From an uncultured bacterium (GTDB lineage: Bacteria > Acidobacteriota > Blastocatellia > Pyrinomonadales > Pyrinomonadaceae): a stretch of 29,217 nt of DNA. The position numbers and the translations under genes were made by a program. Position 1 is the stretch's first letter. Every line of letters starts with the position of its first letter. Location of the stretch: the NCBI GenBank assembly GCA_965365725.1, contig CBDUCU010000001.1, positions 1 through 29,217 on the forward strand, read 5' to 3'. Of this stretch, positions 25,019-29,217 are shown one piece after another. The notes beneath the pieces were generated by a model. The model searched no databases, had not been told where the DNA came from, and saw only the letters and a list, made by a program, of their open reading frames with translations.

Positions 25019-26950
25019 ATGAACATCCTACAAACGATCAATTCGCCGGCAGACTTAAGAGGTCTGCGTCTTGAACAGCTACAGGAAGTAGCAACGGAAA
25101 TCCGTCAATACATCCTCGAAACGATGTCGCGCGTGGGCGGACACACGGGCGCAAGTCTCGGCGCGGTCGAGCTGGCCGTCGCCCTCCACTACGCGTTTGA
25201 TACGCCGCGCGACCGTCTTGTGTGGGACGTAGGTCATCAGGCTTACGCACACAAAATTTTGACGGGCCGGCGCGATCAGCTTCCGACCGTCAAGCAGTAC
25301 GGCGGGCTTTCGGGTTTTCTCAAACGCGATGAATCGGAATATGACAGCTTCGGCGCGGGTCATGCATCGACCTCGCTTTCCGCCGCGTTGGGGATGGCGA
25401 TTGCGCGCGACCAGAAGGGCGAGGATCATCACGTCGTTGCGCTCATCGGCGACTCGTCGCTGGCGGGCGGGATGGCGATGGAGGCGGTCAATCAGGCCGG
25501 ACATCTCAAGACGCGTCTGATCGTTCTGCTCAACGACAACGAGATGTCGATTGCTCCGGCGGTCGGCGCTCTGACGGGCTATCTCAATCGCATACGCGAA
25601 GCGCACGGCTATCATCGTTTCAAAGACGAGGTGGGCGACCTTTTGCACGACGCGCCGCTTTTTGGCGAGCGACTTTATCACGCCGCCAAGACCGTCAAGG
25701 ATGCCATCGCCGCAGCCGTTTTGCCCGGCGCGCTCGTCAACGAACTCGGATTCAAATATATCGGCTACGTCGACGGCCACAACCCGCGCGCACTTGTCCG
25801 CGCGCTCGAAGAAGCCAAACAGATCAAGGACGGCCCCGTCATCGTCCACGCGCTGACGCAGAAAGGCAAAGGCTTTCCGTCGCGCGAAAAGAATTATTAT
25901 GCCTGGCACGCGACCGGCCCGTTTGATCTAAAGACCGGCGAGGCCGTCAAGCCGTCGAAGCCTTCAAACCCTTCGTACACGGCAATCTTCGGCGAGACGA
26001 TGTGCGAGCTGATGGCGAAGGATGAAAAGGTCGTGGCGCTCACAGCCGCGATGCCGGACGGCACGGGCGTTGACAAGATTCTCGAAACCTTTCCCGAGCG
26101 CGCTTTCGATGTCGGTATCGCCGAACAGCACTGCATCACGTTCGCCGCCGGACTTTCCTGCGAAGGCTTAAAACCGGTCTGCGCCATCTATTCAACATTT
26201 TTGCAGCGCGCCTTTGATCAAATCGTCCACGACGTAGCTTTGCAGAATTTGAACGTCAAGTTTTGCATGGATCGCGGCGGCATCGTCGGCGGCGACGGGC
26301 CGACGCATCACGGTCTGCTCGATATCGCATACCTGCGCCCCGTCCCGAACATGACCGTTATGGCCCCGAAAGACGAGGGCGAAATGCGCGACATGATGCG
26401 GACGATGCTTGAGAATGAAGGCCCGATGGCGATGCGCTACCCGCGCGGCAACGGCATCGGCGCAGACATCAAACGCGAGCCGCAGACGCTTGAGATCGGC
26501 AAGGCTGAAATCCTGCGCGACGCGGGCGGCGAGGTCGCCATTATCGCTTACGGCTCGATGGTGCATCCGTCGGTCGCCGCCGCCGAGCATCTTTCGCGCG
26601 AAGGGATTGAAACGACGGTCGTCAATGCGCGCTTCGTCAAGCCGCTCGATGCGGAATTGATGCTTGCCCTGGCGCGCTCAAAGCGTCTGATCGTGACGGT
26701 CGAAGAGGCTTATCTGGCTGGAGGTTTTGGCTCTGCCGTGATGGAGCTTCTGGAAGAGAACGGGCTGCTCGATCAAGTAAAACTTGTGAGGATGGGCGTG
26801 CCCGACCGCATCATCACGCACGGCGACCCGAAGCTGCTTCTTGCCAAGTATGGGCTTGACTCAGACGGCATTTACACGCGCGTCAAAGAGTGCATCGAAG
26901 TTTTGGAACAACGACGCGCTCCGGCTCGGCTTCCGAGCGTTCGCAGTTGA
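25019..26950 (+). CDS. dxs: 1-deoxy-D-xylulose-5-phosphate synthase
   Basis: WDVGHQAYAHK, GAGHASTS, GD...NDN TPP motif, DVGIAEQH, YSTFLQRAFDQ, DGPTHHG. ATG 25019 preferred (24977 possible). Confidence 0.97.
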   Translation: MNILQTINSPADLRGLRLEQLQEVATEIRQYILETMSRVGGHTGASLGAVELAVALHYAFDTPRDRLVWDVGHQAYAHKILTGRRDQLPTVKQYGGLSGFLKRDESEYDSFGAGHASTSLSAALGMAIARDQKGEDHHVVALIGDSSLAGGMAMEAVNQAGHLKTRLIVLLNDNEMSIAPAVGALTGYLNRIREAHGYHRFKDEVGDLLHDAPLFGERLYHAAKTVKDAIAAAVLPGALVNELGFKYIGYVDGHNPRALVRALEEAKQIKDGPVIVHALTQKGKGFPSREKNYYAWHATGPFDLKTGEAVKPSKPSNPSYTAIFGETMCELMAKDEKVVALTAAMPDGTGVDKILETFPERAFDVGIAEQHCITFAAGLSCEGLKPVCAIYSTFLQRAFDQIVHDVALQNLNVKFCMDRGGIVGGDGPTHHGLLDIAYLRPVPNMTVMAPKDEGEMRDMMRTMLENEGPMAMRYPRGNGIGADIKREPQTLEIGKAEILRDAGGEVAIIAYGSMVHPSVAAAEHLSREGIETTVVNARFVKPLDAELMLALARSKRLIVTVEEAYLAGGFGSAVMELLEENGLLDQVKLVRMGVPDRIITHGDPKLLLAKYGLDSDGIYTRVKECIEVLEQRRAPARLPSVRS

Positions 26951-26978
26951 TTCTCAAAGCGAAAATTTATTCATCGCC

Positions 26979-27024
26979 GAGCGCGCCCCAACGCTTTTGA
27001 AGAAAAGGGCGCGCTCATATTTTT
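26979..27024 (+). terminator. Probable dxs terminator
   Basis: GAGCGCGCCC / GGGCGCGCTC 10-bp stem, 18-nt loop, then ATATTTTT. Confidence 0.55.
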
Positions 27025-27108
27025 GTCGCGCAGGATTATCCGGAGAATTTTGTAAACAGCCGCGCGCCCGTGCGTTGCATCAAAAGAGTCGCGTCAATGG
27101 GGTATGCC

Positions 27109-27151
27109 ACAAAATTGCAACAAAATTGTTGGCTCAATGCGTGACAAATTG
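27109..27151. promoter_or_regulatory. AT-rich direct repeats ACAAAATTG (27109, 27120; 11-bp period) plus ACAAATTG (27144)
   Basis: Helically phased repeats upstream of the 27180 gene; possible regulator site. Confidence 0.4.
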
Positions 27152-27179
27152 AGATCGTTTCACATCAAATAGGGTGAGA

Positions 27180-27974
27180 ATGACTGAAAGAGATCAACAA
27201 CTGAATGTGGCTCAAGACCCGGAAGCGACCGTCGTCAGCTCAATCTTCGACGATGGAGCAACCGTCATCGCACAACCTGTCGTCCCGCTTGATGACAAGG
27301 CCGTTACTGAAGACGTGGGCGCTTATGTCAATACGGGGACTGCACCGCCCGTCTATACGCGCGCGTGGAAGCGTCGCTCACAACTGACAATTGCGTTTGT
27401 CGTCGCCGCGCTTTTTACAGGGACTGTTGCAGGCATTGTGGGGCTTCGTCTCTACCAGCGCAGCCGTGCGGCTGTCCCGACTCCGACCGCCGTCGAGCAG
27501 ACGCAAACGGCGACCGAAGAAGCACAGCCTTTGCCTACGGATTCGCCGACGGAGACGACATCGGAGGTTGAGCAACCGCAACCAAGCGCAGAGCCTTCTA
27601 CGGTTGTCGCCGATGAAGAGAAGAAGGCTGATGTTGCGACCGTCAAAGCGAGTGCGACTGAGATAGAAAAATCGTCTGAGAGCGCTGTGCGAGGTGAGAC
27701 GACGGTAAAGGCCGAGCGCGTCGGTGCGGTTAAGCACGGTAAGAAGGGCGAAGCCGAAGCCGAGCCGGAACGAATTCCGGTTTATGTGCCGCGCGAGAAT
27801 GACATCTCAAGCCCGGAGGCCGAGCGACGTGCGCAACGTGAAGAGAATCGTTTGCGACGCGCTGAGCGCGAGGCGAGACGCGAGGCGAGGCGCGCGCGGA
27901 GGGAAAATCGTGCGCGCGCCATCGACAGCGTGCGCGGAATTTTTGAGGGTCGCGGCGAATCTCCTCCTCGCTAA
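27180..27974 (+). CDS. Hypothetical bitopic membrane protein with low-complexity linker and Arg/Glu-rich helical C-terminus
   Basis: One TM helix (LTIAFVVAALFTGTVAGIVGL); fills the dxs-tlyA gap; start ATG 27180 or GTG 27174. Confidence 0.72.
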   Translation: MTERDQQLNVAQDPEATVVSSIFDDGATVIAQPVVPLDDKAVTEDVGAYVNTGTAPPVYTRAWKRRSQLTIAFVVAALFTGTVAGIVGLRLYQRSRAAVPTPTAVEQTQTATEEAQPLPTDSPTETTSEVEQPQPSAEPSTVVADEEKKADVATVKASATEIEKSSESAVRGETTVKAERVGAVKHGKKGEAEAEPERIPVYVPRENDISSPEAERRAQREENRLRRAEREARREARRARRENRARAIDSVRGIFEGRGESPPR

Positions 27975-27996
27975 TTTGCTCAAGGGGGAGTGGAAG

Positions 27997-28034
27997 GGCG
28001 TGTCGAAGCGAAAGCTTTTCGACGCGCCTTTTTT
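27997..28034 (+). terminator. Intrinsic terminator
   Basis: GGCGTGTCGAA / TTCGACGCGCC stem followed by TTTTTT. Confidence 0.75.
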
Positions 28035-28162
28035 CTTTGGAACGAAGAGTCGGATGCGGACGCAACGCGACGTTGATCGTCGTGTGTACGTCAAATCCGT
28101 CTCATCCACGTTCCGCCTCTTGCTTGCGACAAACAATGGCCGACTCATAAAATCCGTCGTGC

Positions 28163-28918
28163 ATGAAACGCGAGCGCATTGATAAGCTTTTAGTAGAGCG
28201 CGGTCTTGCGCCTTCGCGCACGCGCGCGCAGGCTCTGGTGATGGCCGGGCTTGTGCTCGTCGGCGAGCAGCGCGTCGAAAAATCTTCGGAAACTTTTCCT
28301 TCGGACGCACACCTGCGCGTGCGCGGAAGCGACGACCCGGCGACGCGCTTTGTCGGGCGCGGCGGATTGAAGCTCGAAAAGGCCCTCAATGAATTTCAGA
28401 TAGACGTAAGCGGCGCGACGTGTCTCGACGTGGGCGCATCAACCGGCGGGTTTACGGATTGTCTTTTGCAGCACGGCGCGCGCCGCGTGGTCGCCGTTGA
28501 CGTTGGACATAATCAGATCGATTATCGACTGCGCACCGATGCCCGCGTCGAGGTGCGCGAGGGCGTAAACGCGCGACACCTGCAAGCGGAAGACTTTGAC
28601 GAGAAGTTCGATCTGGTGACGATGGATGTCTCTTTTATCTCGGCGACGAAGGTTCTGCCCGCGCTCAAAAATCTGCTTGGCCTGCGCGGGCGCATCATCG
28701 TTCTCATCAAGCCGCAATTTGAGGTGGGGCGAGGCGAAGTCGGCAAGGGCGGGATTGTGACAGACGATTTGAAACGCGCGCGCGTCGTTGAAGAGGTCAA
28801 CGCTTCCGCCGTCGAGTTGGGCTTGGTGGTGCGCGGCGTTGTCGAATCACCCATCAAAGGCGCGGACGGCAACGTCGAGTTTCTTGCGCACTATGAGCTT
28901 GCGTCGGAGGCGGCTTGA
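28163..28918 (+). CDS. tlyA: TlyA-family rRNA 2'-O-methyltransferase
   Basis: S4-like N-terminus (RIDKLLVERG), GRGGLKL, DVGASTGGFTD, DVSFIS, KPQFE, SPIKGADGNVEFL. Confidence 0.95.
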   Translation: MKRERIDKLLVERGLAPSRTRAQALVMAGLVLVGEQRVEKSSETFPSDAHLRVRGSDDPATRFVGRGGLKLEKALNEFQIDVSGATCLDVGASTGGFTDCLLQHGARRVVAVDVGHNQIDYRLRTDARVEVREGVNARHLQAEDFDEKFDLVTMDVSFISATKVLPALKNLLGLRGRIIVLIKPQFEVGRGEVGKGGIVTDDLKRARVVEEVNASAVELGLVVRGVVESPIKGADGNVEFLAHYELASEAA

Positions 28919-29217
28919 GAAAACTTTCAGAAGCGGCGGCGCTTGCGCGTCTGCAACGTGCAAAGGCCGATTATCAAAGTCACATCATCAAAAATTACGA
29001 GCACGCGGCTGAGGATTGTCGCACATGCCCGACCGCCGGCGTGTGCTGCACGGACGCGCATTTCGTCAACGTGCACATCACGCGGCTAGAAGCCGTTGCG
29101 ATTCGAGAAACTTTGGAGAGAACGCCGCGACTCGGTGACGTTGAGCGTCGCGCTGTCTTTGCGCGCGCGCGCGCAGCCGTCGAGCGATACGGTTTGAAGA
29201 CTGTGGGGGACACTTTC
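28915..29217 (+). CDS. 3'-truncated Cys-cluster protein (YkgJ/flagellin-N-methylase-like), not in the ORF track
   Basis: TTG 28915 overlaps the tlyA TGA; GGAGG at 28906-28910. Open to the window end: MRKLSEAAALARLQRAKADYQSHIIKNYEHAAEDCRTCPTAGVCCTDAHFVNVHITRLEAVAI..., with CxxC-x5-CC. Confidence 0.78.
   Translation, partial: MRKLSEAAALARLQRAKADYQSHIIKNYEHAAEDCRTCPTAGVCCTDAHFVNVHITRLEAVAIRETLERTPRLGDVERRAVFARARAAVERYGLKTVGDTF

Noticed and set aside
6177-25909. Long antisense or alternate-frame ORFs (e.g. 6177-6758, 8906-9646, 12023-12751, 16205-17080, 24181-24786, 25079-25909)
   Set aside because: They overlap well-supported genes, lack motifs, and are expected shadows in GC-rich DNA.
28995-29213. 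72-aa minus-strand ORF in the track
   Set aside because: It is antisense to the better-supported plus-strand Cys-cluster gene that has an SD and a coupled start.

Overview
GC-rich bacterial chromosomal window. Gene style (orphan ECF sigma factor, several Spy/CpxP-like paralogs, Pro/Ala-rich bitopic proteins) suggests Acidobacteriota, probably Blastocatellia; this is inferred, not proven. It holds about 27 CDS and one tRNA-Ser(GCT). Housekeeping genes are a UvrD/PcrA-like helicase, hutI, gltX, dxs and tlyA. Envelope-stress and regulatory genes are two ECF sigma factors, a ZAS anti-sigma factor, three Spy/CpxP-like proteins and a hybrid PAS histidine kinase. There is also a divergent arsR/arsM pair, an M1 aminopeptidase, a Zn-dependent dehydrogenase, a Tat metallophosphoesterase and a truncated Cys-cluster gene at the right edge that the ORF track missed. 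I saw no integrase, transposase, CRISPR array or recognisable defence system. The most unusual element is a stand-alone ~210-nt transcription unit at 4766-5016. It has a near-consensus sigma70 promoter, a 16-nt perfect complement of the usual 16S rRNA 3' tail, an 11-codon ORF, a structured 3' region and an intrinsic terminator. Other signals: period-7 repeat arrays arranged as inverted pairs at seven intergenic or gene-start sites, one inside the hutI start; two identical back-to-back ECF-type promoters; and a 15/16 direct repeat bracketing the histidine kinase. All calls come from reading the sequence by eye; no searches or folding programs were run.
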